Assembly (NCBI GenBank): GCA_963575745.1
Contig: CAUYUJ010000148.1
Location: 186,001 to 250,000 of the forward strand
Length of the DNA: 64,000 nt
Reading direction: 5' to 3'
Source of the DNA: Prorocentrum cordatum
Lineage: Eukaryota
Shown one piece after another: positions 53,100 through 64,000 of this stretch (position 1 is its first letter; each line of letters opens with the position of its first letter). The notes beneath the pieces are model-generated. The model was not told the DNA's origin and ran no database searches. It was given only the letters and a program-made list of their open reading frames with translations. A program made the position numbers and the translations under genes.

Positions 53100-53975
53100 T
53101 TGGCGAGGCGTCGGGAGATGACCCAGGTCTGCTTCGCGGGGGTCGCTGCCGCGCAGGCGCCGACCTCGCCCATCCAGCAGCTGGACCACGCGGCGGCGGC
53201 CTATTTCCACAACCTGTTTTCCAATGGGGAGGTAGTCGACTGGGCATCGGTTTGGCTGGCCGACCTCCTCTTTTGCGCCCCGCGGGTGGCTCGGCGCTCT
53301 CCACAGCTCCCCCGACCCCGCCGTGCGCTGAATGTGCGCGGCAGGCTGGCGCCGTCGAGGCCCGCCTGCCGCTTTCCTGGACGGTGGTGGCTCTGTTGAT
53401 ATGATCTTGTCTCTCGACCTGGTCCAGTCTGCGCGGCTGGCGCTCTTCAACTTCGCGTTCTACGAATGGCGCCCGTCGGAGCGGGTGAGGCTGCGACGTC
53501 GGGATCTGGTAGCTCCGCTGGGGGGTGGCCCGATTCCCCTGCGGAAGCGGAGAATCGTGCTCGACCAGATCCAGGGGGGCGCGCCCAGCCAGACCGCGGT
53601 TTTCGACGAAAGCCTGTTGCGCGAGAACAAGTTCGCCTTGGTCGGCCGCCTCCTCGAGGAAATCAAGGCTCGCGGCCATCCCGGTGGCCAGAGTGTCGGG
53701 GGCTCGCACGGCCAGCGGCGCGCTCGCTTCCAGCAGGCAGCGAGAGCGCTCCCGCCGCCCGCCCTGCAGCCGATCTCGCCGCGCCAGCTGCGCCGCGGAG
53801 GGCGCCAGCCACGATCCTCGGCGGCGGGCGCGGCGACGCGGGCGCGCGGAAGCGCGGCCGCTGGCAATCGGTCGCCCCCTTCCACAGGCACGCGAAGGTT
53901 GGTCGGCTGAACGAGCAGCTGCAGCGCCTCGACGACCGAGTCCAGGAGGCCGCGGCCGACTGCGCCGACCGATCG
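53100..53975 (+). pseudogene. Tyrosine recombinase (phage-integrase fold, DIRS-type), frameshifted
   Basis: LDHAAAAYFHNLFSNG..LPRPRRAL..RLAP; WRPSERVRLRRRDL (catalytic R, ~53467); PSQTAVFDESL; PRQLRRGG/GASHD (HxxR box region); KRGRWQS..RHAKVGRLNEQL (53853; the expected Tyr appears as His). Confidence 0.85.
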
Positions 53976-54024
53976 TCGTCGCTGACCTTCGTGGCATCCC
54001 AGATCTTCACAATCCTACGGAGGT

Positions 54025-54680
54025 TGGATTTACGTCCGATCATTTTGCCGGGCAGGCCCGTTCATCTGCCGCCTGGACGTCTATTCCCGGTCTCCGACGC
54101 GCCGACGGATCCCCGCATTTGCTGGCATTGTTCGCTTCGGACCGTCTCGCGACCTTCCCAGTCGCACCTTGGCCCGCAATGTTCGCGGCTGGATTCGCCC
54201 CAAAATTCTGAATGCACCGCTGCTTGGAGCGCCGCGCGCCGCTTTCTCGGCAGCAAGCCGGGATGGATAGACGTCTAGACAGTCTCCAGGCGGAGTCCTG
54301 AACCTTCCTGGCCGCGTACTGTCCCAGCCGACGAGGCCAACGAGTTGTCCTCGATCTCAGTGGGCATATTGCGGTTGGCCCGCTCGATGAACATCCCTGT
54401 CGCCATCGAGAATCCCTTTGCCAGATGTCCTTGGCACGTGCCCGCCTGGTCGCAGATTCTTAGCCGCTCCGATATCGATGCAGCTGTTTCGGCTGCGGCG
54501 TGCACGGGCGCACGTGAACCATATTTGTCCCTGTTCATGCGAGAATGTCGCCCCGCTGGCAAATCGCATGTTCGGGCGCCAAGCGACGAGGCTTTACCGG
54601 CGGGCCGCGCGGCTGTATCCGAGCCCACGCTGACGCTCGCGAGCATTGCTTTGCACTTGTTGAACCGCGTCCACGCAAGC
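54025..54680 (+). pseudogene. C5 cytosine DNA methyltransferase-like domain, frameshifted
   Basis: Motifs occur in canonical order over three frames: HFAGQARSS (motif I, 54041); DL...VRGWI..LLGAPRAAFS (motif IV, PC changed to PR at 54232-54237); ANEL; IPVAIENP..PW (motif VI, 54408); C..GKSH; and a late YP motif. Confidence 0.75.
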
Positions 54681-55139
54681 TGCGCCATGGCGTCTGGAGA
54701 GCTTACGCGTCCACGCCGTAAATTAGATTGGGGTGTTTTTCAATGGTGTGAGGGGTGCGCTTGGAGCGTGCGCTCATTCACGTGCTGGGGTCACCCTTGG
54801 GAAAGGCGGTGTTTCGGATGCACCAGTGGAACTTGCCCCTCCCTCCCCCAGCGAGCAGCTTCGCGTGCATGCGCCTTCGTCTCGCCATGACTCTCGGCGA
54901 GATCAGCGCGCAGATTGCGGCGCTGGCGAGTAGAAACCATCTGGCCCGACAAGGGCCAGCGCGAGCATGCGAGCCTCCTTGTTTACTTGCAGCTCGTCTG
55001 TTTCAGCGTGCGAGCGCCGCCTCCTCGAATGCTTCCCGCGGTCTCCAAACGTCTTGCGCCGCCTCTTCCCAGGAGGGGAAATTATGCTAACGGAGTTCCC
55101 CACATAAAGATGTTACGGGGTTCCATTGCTTCTTGTCTG

Positions 55140-56857
55140 CGCTCTGGTGGGGCCTCCCTGGAGGGGTGGGAGGGGCACGAAACCTGATGAATAATATGGT
55201 GTGCGAATACCCTGCCCGCTCTGGTGGGGCCTCCCTGGAGGGGTGGGATGGGAACGAAACCTGATAAATAATATGGTGTACGGATACCCTGCCCGCTCTG
55301 GTGGGGCCTCCCTGGAGGGGTGGGAGGGGCACGACACCTGATACATAACATGGTGTGCGAATACCCTGCCCGCTCTGGTGGGGCCTCCCTGGAGGGGCGG
55401 GAACGGCACGAAACCTAATAATAAAATATGGTGTGCGAATGCCCTGCCCGCTCTGGCGGGGCCTCCCTGGAGTGACGGGAGGGGCACGAAACCTGATAAA
55501 TAATATGGTGTGCGAATGCCCTGCCCGCTCTGGTGGGGCCTCCCTGGAGGGGTGGGAGGGGCATGAAACCTGATAAATCATATGGTGTGCGAATACCCTG
55601 CCCGCTCTGGCGGGGCCTCCCTGGAATGTTGGGAGGGGCGCGAAACCTGATAAATAACATGGTGTGCGGATACCCTGCCCGCTCTGGTGGGGCCTCCCTG
55701 GAGGGGTGGAGGGGCACGAAACCTGATAAATAATATGGTGTGCGAATACCCTGCCCGCTCTGGTGGGGCCTCCCTGGAGGGGTGGGAGGGGCACGAAACC
55801 AGATAAATAACATGGTGTGCGAATACCCTGCTCGCTCAGGCGGGGCCTCCCTGGAGGGGTGGGAGGGGCACGAAACCTGATAAATAACATGGTGTGCGAA
55901 TACCTTGCTTGCTCAGGCTGGGCCTCCCTGGAGGGGTGGGAGAGGCACGAAAACATATAAATAACATGGTGTGCGAATACCCTGCTCGCTCAGGCGGGGC
56001 CTCCCTGGAGGGGTGGGAGGGGCAGAAACCTGATAAATAACATGGTGTGCGAACACCCTTCCCGCTCTGGTGGGGCCTCCCTGGAGGGGTGGGAGGGGCA
56101 CGAAACCTGGTGTGCGAATACCCTGCTCGCTCTGCTGGGTGTGCGAATACCCTGCTCGCTCAGGCGGGGCCTCCCTGGAGGGGTGGGAGGGGCAGGAAAC
56201 CTGATAAATAACATGGTGTGCGAATACCCTGCTCGCTCAGGCGGGGCCTCCCTGGAGAGGTGGGAGGGGCACGAAACCTGATAAATAAATGGTGTGCGAA
56301 TACCCTGAGGCTCACGGATAAATAACATGGTGTGCGAATACCCCCCGCTCAGGAGGGGTGGGAGGGGCACGAAACCTGATAAATAACATGGTGTGCGAAT
56401 ACCCTGCTCGCTCAGGCGGGGCCTCCCTGGAGGGGTGGGAGGGGCACGAAACCTGATAAATAACATGGTGTGCGAATACCCTGCTCGCTCAGGCGGGGCC
56501 TCCCTGGAGGGGTGGGAGGGGCACGAAACCTGATAAATAACATGGTGTGCGAATACCCTGCTCGCTCAGGCGGGGCCTCCCTGGAGGGGTGGGAGGGGCA
56601 CGAAACCTGATAAATAACATGGTGTGCGAATACCCTGCTCGCTCAGGCGGGGCCTCCCTGGAGGGGTGGGAGGGGCACGAAACCTGATAAATAACATGGT
56701 GTGCGAATACCCTGCTCGCTCAGGCGGGGCCTCCCTGGAGGGGTGGGAGGGGCGCGAAACCTGATAAATAACATGGTGTGCGAATACCCTGCTCGCTCAG
56801 GCGGGGCCTCCCTGGAGGGGTGGGAGGGGCACGAAACCTGATAAATAACATGGTGTG
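55140..56857. repeat. 77-bp tandem array, ~22 unit-lengths including 3-4 truncated units
   Basis: The unit is GGTGTGCGAATACCCTGCTCGCTCAGGCGGGGCCTCCCTGGAGGGGTGGGAGGGGCACGAAACCTGATAAATAACAT. Starts at 56390, 56467, 56544, 56621, 56698 and 56775 are exactly 77 apart. Confidence 0.98.
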
Positions 56858-56863
56858 AGGAAA

Positions 56864-56962
56864 GGCATGGTATGGTATGGGATGGTGGATGCATGGTATG
56901 GTATGGTAAGGTATGGTATGGAGTGGCATGGTATTGTTATGGTATGATACAGTATGGGATGG
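56864..56962. repeat. Degenerate (TATGG)n microsatellite
   Basis: Directly visible; it abuts the 77-bp array. Confidence 0.9.
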
Positions 56963-58189
56963 CTGAGGAAGTGGGAGGAGGAGGAGGAGGAGGAGGAGGA
57001 GGAGGAGAGGATGTTCTGGGAAAACAAGAACCCCACTCAGGATGTGGGGAAAAACACGCAGACACAATGAATCGTCAACTCCCGGGAGAAGAAAGAAATC
57101 CCAGAAAATACTATAACATATTGAGAATCGCGGGATATGCGTGCATTCATCTGCGCGTCCCTGGGCCCCTTCCTCTACGAGGACAAAATGTCCCTTCCCT
57201 TCGTTTGCTGCGCGCGTTTCTCTGGGCGCCCGGTGGAGCCGGCGCCTTCCGGGCGCGCAGGTTCGCGCGCGCATGTTCTCGCGTCGCCGTGGCCCTCGGC
57301 GAGGCCAGCGGGCACATTGTGGCCCGCTGGCTTCTGGCAGCGTGGCCCGAACAGGATGCGCACGAGCATGTGTGCACACTTGTAAATACAAATTACACCA
57401 GAGAAACCCAAAAACAATGGACGGTTTGAAATAGGGCCGATAAAAAGATCGATCAAAAGATCGACCGGGAACCCGGGAACCCGGAAACCACCGAAGTCGG
57501 ACCGGAACCAATGACCACGAACCCAAGAAACCAGAACCAGGAACCCGGGAACCCAACCGGACACCAAAATCGGCGGGACATGTTCGCCAAATTTGTCATC
57601 AATATCCGTTATGACCCCTTCAGTGCAGGCACTGATCGGGGAATGTACGTATTTGCGCATGCGCGTACGCGTGGGGTTTTGGAGGCGAGGGATCGAGGTG
57701 CAACGTAGATCTCCAGCCGGAAACTGGGCGTCGGTTCCGGGTTCGCGCCGCAGGCGCGGGCGGGGCAGATTTGTTGACCCGATGTTTTTTCTTCTTTTCA
57801 GGGAGTGGGCCCCCTTGAGCACGCCGAGACAGACCAGCTGCATGCGAACAAGGAAGTATACGCATATACAAACATGTTTCACGCACCTACCTATACTTGC
57901 TAGGTGTGCATGTATATGTGTATGTACAGTCAAAACCTATATTAAGGACGCGTGGTAAGGACGCAAGGCCCTTGGAAACCGAAGCTGGGATATGTTGGGC
58001 GGCAGGCCGCCGCAACCCCAGGGACGCAAGGGCACCCTAACCCGCCCCCGTCCGTCCTTGCCGAATTGGCGTCGGGGCCCAACGCAAGAACAACGCAAGG
58101 ACGCAGGGGTACCCTCAAAATCCGCGCGTCCCTGTGGGCATGGCGCCACACTTGCTCGGTGCGCGAAAGGGCCCCCTGCCTGCTCCGTG

Positions 58190-58650
58190 CCCGTAGGGCC
58201 ACGTCCCCAGGGCCACGCCCGCGCGCAAACCGAGCGACGGGCGAGGACGAGGGCGACGCGCCCAAGGATGGCCAGGGGTATCCTCCTTGGCCCGCGCCCT
58301 CAAGGCAACGTTCGTCCGCGAAGGAAGGCAGCGACCGAGGGCAGCGGCGGCGCGCCGAGGGAGCCCTGCTTGGCCAACGCCCTCAGGGCCACGCCCGCCT
58401 TCAAATTGAGCAACGGGCGAGGACGAGGGCGATTCGCCGAAGGACGGCCAAGGGTACACTGCCTGGTCCGCGTCCTCAAGGCCACTCCTGCCCGCGAAGA
58501 AAAGAAGCGAGCGAAGGCAGCGGCGGCGCGCCCAAGGAAGGCCAAGGGAACCCTGCTTGGCCGACGCCCTCAGGGCCACGCCGGCGCGCAAATTGAACGA
58601 CGGGCGAGGACGAGGGCGACGCGCCGAAGGACGGCCCAGGGTACCCTGGG
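58190..58650. repeat. ~180-bp tandem repeat (~2.5-3 copies) built of two related ~90-bp halves
   Basis: GCGAGGACGAGGGCGA occurs at 58241, 58417 and 58604; CCCTCA(G/A)GGCCAC-like motifs recur about every 90 bp. Confidence 0.85.
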
Positions 58651-61544
58651 AGCCCGCGTCCCCAGAACTGCCCCGCAGAGGAATGGCCCGCCTCGCAGCC
58701 GAGGGACGGCGCCCGCCCCGAGGGTACACTGAGAGGCAGGCCAGTGAGAACTGGCAAGGACGGGCCGCAGAGGCAGAGGCAGGCGGGGACCCGATGGCAC
58801 ACCAGAGAATGGCGCGCGTCCTTACGATGGATGTTTGACTGTGTGTAGAAACGAATGCTGCTTTGCAAAAGGTATTGCACTCCGAACAAACATACTATCT
58901 GATAGTGATAATGCACACGTTGGAACGAAGGGAGACGACGCGTATCCAGCGATGGTGACGCCAAGCACGAACATGCACAATCGAGACACGGGAAGAATGC
59001 ACACCGATGTCGAATAAGGAAACATAATCCGAGCTGGCTAGGTTACGCGATTCTGTGCATGAAAAATTAAGGCCAGACTCCCGTGAAGATACAATGTACG
59101 CACGCGAAGACCATCGGAGGCACACAAAGCTCTCATCAGCTCGATGCCCTCCCGTGCCCACCTTTTCCCCATCGGACGCGGTTGACGAAGAACCGGAATC
59201 TCAAGGAAGATCCTTGTCCTGGGGGCAGCCAGCGCTACAAATTCGGGGGCGCGAAAACATGGATTAGCGATCCATGGATTCGGCGCGCGGTCGCTAGATC
59301 CATGGATCGGGGGTCGGGAAAAGTGCCCTCCCCAAAATGCGGCCGGTGCCTCCCAGGCGGCGGAAATCCGCGATTTGGAAACAGGGCCCGTCGCTAATCG
59401 CAGACCCCCGACGTCATGACTTTTTCATTACGTCGACCCCTGGAGGTCTCAATCCATTCCCCTGGACCAGTCTTTCATCCTGAGTCGTTTTTTGACGGTC
59501 TCGAGGGCCGTTACAGGCCCCCAGAGGCCGAAACTAGCAAAAAACCTCCCGTCATGATTTGTTCAGTACACAAGGGCGTCTGGGATCCACGCCCCCTTGA
59601 TCCATGTTTGCGATCGCCTGGTAAATACAGCGAGATTCGCCACCGCCCGCCCAATACTATGGCCCTCTCCCTCCCTCCCCTCCCCTTGGGGGCCTTCCGT
59701 TGCCAAAAAACGGCCAGAGACGTGTCCATTCCCTCGATCCTCCTCACTCCTCCTCTTCCTCCTCCTCCCACTCATTCTCTTCCTCCTCCTCCTCCTCCTC
59801 CTCCTCCTCCTCCTCCTCCTCCTCCTACCCCTCCTTCTCCTCCCACACCTCCCCCTCTGGGGGATGGCGAGAAGGTTGGCAGAAGAATGTGGGTCCTGAA
59901 AGGATCTGGAACCCAGGGCATTCCTCCGATGACACCCACGCTGCGTCGTTCCGACGAGCCCCGACTCCCGAAAACGGCGAAGAAACTCCAGGACGTCCCT
60001 TCCTACAGGACCCCTTTTTTCACCAGGCGGCGAGCAAACGAAAGAGCCCAGAATCGAATCGATAAGTCGGATCGGCGATCGAAGTGAACTGGATCGGCGG
60101 AAATCGTCAGCCAAGTCGGGAGATGTCGAATCGGCGGAAATCTGAAAGCTAGAAAGGCCTCTTCGATGAGAAATCGAAATCCGAACATCGATCGCAATCG
60201 AATCGAATCGAGTTGGAGGAGTCGAGACGCGCCATCAAGGGGGGGGGGACCCTTCCGAGAAGGCAGGGGGGCTTCTAACAGAAGGGCCCCGAGGCTTCGA
60301 AGTGGGCTTCTTAGAGGCCTCCGGGCCCTCCTGAGGAGACCAACGCCTTCTCAGAACCCCCCCCCCCCTTGAGGGGGAACGGTGGGGATCGGGGGGGGGG
60401 GAGGGGGCCGGCTCGGGGGGGGGGAGGAACCACCGAGCCGACATCGGCAATGCTCTGCGGATGGATCGGGGATCTGTCCCCGACAGCAAGGGCCAGCCCG
60501 CTCCTGGACGGGGTGGGCTCTCGGGCCCCTGTCGGCGATGAACCGGCAAACGGGGGTGGACAATGAATCCCGCCCTGAGCACGGTGCCTCCGAACATGTG
60601 ATGGGCAGGTTTCCCACCACCACTACCATGTGGGAGGGGGAAGAGGAGAAGGAAGAGGAGGAGGAGGAGAGGAGGACCTCCCCTTCCCTCCTTCTCCCCC
60701 GTCCTACACGTGGTAGCGGAGGTGGAAAGTTGGCCACTCAAGCATGACCTCCTCAAAAGGAGCACCCCACTCGCGCCACGCCCTCGCGCGGGCCTCCAGT
60801 CTGCCTGGCGCGGGGACACAGGGGGACGACGGTCCCAGCGCAGCCGCGTTGCCCATCCCCTGTCAGCGCGCGAGAGGAAGGGGGAGGGAGGGGCAGGGGA
60901 GGAGGGGGAGGGGAGGCGAAAGGGAAGACAAATAAGAAGAAGAGGAAGAGGAGGCATAACAATAACGCAATAACAACGATAATAATAACAGAACAATCAT
61001 CATGATAAGTACAAAAGACTCCGCACTCTGCTCGCGCGTGCAGACGTGCAAGAGAGCCCTACCTCGAGGGATCGACGAAAACTTACGTCGAGGTCGGTAG
61101 CGCGCACCGTGCGGGGAAGAGGGGAGGATGGGGAGGCCGAAAAGGGGGGAGGAGGGGTCGGACGAGAGGTCTGGGTAGTGGGGGGGAGGGGGGTAGAGCG
61201 AATCAGCTCTTGCAGGTGATCTCCATGGGGAGCCCGTGCGGTGCGCAATGATGAGCCCGGCGGCGGGGCCGAAGGCAGCTGCATGCAGCATATGTCGTCC
61301 CCCCCCCCTGTTCCCGCCGAGCCCCGACGTCGTGTTTTTGTCATGGCGTGGACCCCCCGCAGGTCTGGGAACCTTCCCAGGGACCTGCTTCTCATCCCGA
61401 GTCGCTGTTCAACGGTCCCGAGGCCTGGCGAGGTCTTCCAAGAGCGCAAATCATGCGGAGCCTCCAGTCGTGAGTGTTTCACGACGCGACGGTGTCGAGG
61501 GAGGGGGAGGGGTGGTCTGAAAGGAATTTCGGGACTGCGAATTC

Positions 61545-61712
61545 GCGTCGTGTCGACCCCGGCGGTTGATCCTGACACCTCGGGGATCAATCAGCCTGGA
61601 ACGATCAGCCGTCTCCGAAACGTCAGATCGTTCAACATCGACCGATTATGGGTCGAAGGGGACGTTCAACCTTGAACGCCAGCAGCGGGGTCGCCCACGC
61701 TCGACACGGCGC
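61545..61712. repeat. Dispersed repeat, inverted copy of ~24350-24525
   Basis: CGTCAGATCGTTCAACATCGACCGATT is the exact reverse complement of AATCGGTCGATGTTGAACGATCTGACG at about 24417. Confidence 0.85.
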
Positions 61713-63587
61713 GAACCTACTGCACTTGTCTGTCACAAGACGAAAGGGCATCGGCGGCTGAAACTGGTGGCAGGTCGCAACTCGCGGCCGCCGTCGGGCA
61801 CGGGGGGAAAACGGGGGCGAGCGAGGAGGGAGGAGGGCAGGAGGATCAGGTACATTCCTACCAACTCGCAATTGCGACCCCTCTAAGTCCAACTGAATCC
61901 CGCGATCCCCTACTATACGTCCCACCGAATCCCACTCGAGCACCAACTAAACTCGACTACATCGAATCGAAGCATAAGTTGGGGAACTATTCGGGTCAAA
62001 CAGAAGTCCTCATACTGGGCCACCTAAGGAAGAGGAAAGGGGGGAAGGAGGGGTCAGGAGAGCGGAAGGCTAGGAGGCAACTCCTGGGACGCCAGAATAA
62101 AATGCCACTGAACCAGATTAGGCCAGAGTAAACCCGGGATTACGCCAGACTCAACGAGGCGGGATGAAATCGGATTAAGCGAGATTAGGCCAGAGTAGGC
62201 CAGTGTTCGACCTGGGGTGTACCAACACCGATTCTGAACTCAATCTCCAAGGAGTTGCATCCTAAGGACGGGGCGGGGATAGGGAAAACGAGAGGGAGAG
62301 AGAGAGAGAGGGAGAGATGCACGGGAGGAGATTGGACTTCAGTCCCCGTGATTTCGGCCACCCTGGTGTCCTTCGTCGCCGACCCACTGCTGCGCGCTCT
62401 CCTTGTCCCCAGCCGCGTAGAGCTCGGAGCTCCCGAGCCGCTTGCTGTTCGCGACCTCCCACCAGGGCTGGCCTTGCCTCCTGCTGCTGGGTCACCGGAG
62501 CTCGCGCACCGCGCATCCTGCGATGCGCGAGTGCGCGATCCTCTTCGCGCCCATGCGCCCCCGCGCCGCCCTCTTGGAGAAGGTCAGTCGCCCTGGCCCA
62601 GACCGCGACGCGCGGAGCGCGATCACCTTCGCGCCCCTGCGGGTGACGTGACTGCTGCTGTTGCTCCACATCTCCTCCTCCCTCTGCTCCTCCTCCGCCA
62701 CATCCTCCTCTTCCTCCATTTTCTGCCTCCTCCGCCTCCTCCCATCTCCGCAGCATCGTCAGACCTGGCCCAATCTCCAGTGGGCCAAGGTTCTTCCGCG
62801 CCACCAATCTCCGCCCCTTCGAGGCAGGGGTGGATGCCGCGAAACCCAAGGATCTGAGGGTGACGGTCATGGGGGTAGATCCGATAGCGGGGCCAAGGGT
62901 GTCCCAGTGGAAATTGGGGTACGTCTATCGATGCGGACCCTCCATCTTCTATGCTCTTTCCTCCCTTCACTCCCACCCCTATCCGCCCTCCCTCCACAGC
63001 CCTGATGCCTCCTCCTTCTTCTTCGTCCCTTCATCCTCGCCGTTCATTCCGCTCAACGTTTCCCGCCAAGCTCCCCCCACACAACTCGCCCTGGCCATCC
63101 ATCCCTCCCCGCACCTCCCCTACAGCCAGGCCTCCTCCTCCTCCTCCTCCTCCTCCTCTTCCTCCTCACCACCACCACAGGAAAGCGGATCGGGGATGGA
63201 CAGACCTCCCTTTAGTAAAACGTGGTTTAGTGAAAACGACCTGAGGCCCAAACCTGGCGGGCGCAAGCCTGGAAAATAACGGCCGCGGCGCCCTCTCGAG
63301 AACCGAAAACGGACAATTCACTAATCGACGTGTCACTGTTGGGGGTTCTGTCCACCCCCGAGAGGAAGCGGAGGAAGGAGAGGGAGGTGGACAAGCAATG
63401 TAGGTGCGTTCGCGCCATATCTGGCATCATACCCCTCCCACTCATCCCATCACAACCGTCCTGAGATGTCGGGTCTTCGTTTTGAAAGGACGGCGCCCCG
63501 CGTCTCTTCCTCCTCCTCCCCTCCTCCCCGTCCTTCTCCTCCCTGCCCTGCTCCAAATATCACTCACCTTTGCCCTCCGGATGTCTC

Positions 63588-64000
63588 TGTTTCGGCACAC
63601 CCCTTACACGTTTCGTGGCCTATAAACAGCAACTCCTCCTCAAACCTCACTGGCGGGGTTCGAATGCGTCCCTCCGCACCATCCTGGCACAGCCCTCGTA
63701 CGTTCCGTGACCCAACTGGGAATTCCTCTGAAGGCCCCACTGGCAAGGCTGGCATGCGTCCCCACGAAGCATTTCGGCACACCCCTTACACGCTTCGTGG
63801 CCCCATGGGGAGCTCCTCCGGACACCCCACTGGCAAGGTTCTCATGCGTCCCCCCGCACGATTTCGGCATACCCCTCGCACGATTCGTGTTTCCTCCGGG
63901 AATCCCCCCATATGCCCCCTTGCCCCCGCACGATTTCGGCATATCCCTCACACACTTCGTGGCCCCATAAGGAGTTCCTCCGAAAGCACCAATGGCAAGG
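63588..64000. repeat. ~90-bp minisatellite of the same family as 28905-29520; runs off the window
   Basis: TTTCGGCA(C/T)ACCCC..CACG.TTCGTGGCCCC recurs at about 63614, 63706, 63796, 63886 and 63958. Confidence 0.88.

Larger units (their letters stand above)
52560..55140 (+). mobile_element. Degenerate DIRS-like tyrosine-recombinase retroelement carrying a DNA methyltransferase (5' boundary uncertain, possibly ~51100)
   Basis: The recombinase is followed directly by the methyltransferase on the same strand. A weak RNase H-like trace (ALPLS*GCSGDHAL...PWL) lies at about 52620-52725. The RT is not securely recognisable. Confidence 0.7.

Noticed and set aside
55140..56857. CRISPR-like array next to recombinase genes
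   Set aside because: The units are head-to-tail copies with no unique spacers, and no cas-like ORFs are present.
55087..56894. Repetitive ORFs on both strands of the 77-bp array
   Set aside because: The unit length is not a multiple of three, so the frames simply cycle through the repeat.

Overview
Eukaryotic, GC-rich, repeat-dense genomic DNA, very probably from a dinoflagellate. A perfect 22-nt dinoflagellate spliced leader (DinoSL) sits at 14134-14155 and a second SL cluster at 47468-47534. The GC content would fit a Prorocentrum-like genome, but that is inference. I can support no intact protein-coding gene, rRNA, tRNA or CRISPR array; most ORF-track entries are translations of microsatellites or GC-rich repeats. 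The window is mostly decayed retroelements: (1) an apparently full-length APE+RT LINE on + that begins exactly at a DinoSL; (2) an EEP-RT-zinc finger-RNase H LINE on -; (3) two 3' fragments related to LINE 1; (4) a probable CRE-like restriction-endonuclease relic; (5) a DIRS-like tyrosine-recombinase element carrying a C5 cytosine-methyltransferase domain and followed by a polarised 77-bp tandem array; (6) a short retro-pseudogene headed by one full SL plus three 15-nt SL relics. Between these lie minisatellites (53, ~90, ~103, ~180 bp), microsatellites, a MITE-like hairpin and dispersed repeats. All protein assignments are motif recognition by eye across frameshifts, with no database search, and element boundaries are approximate.
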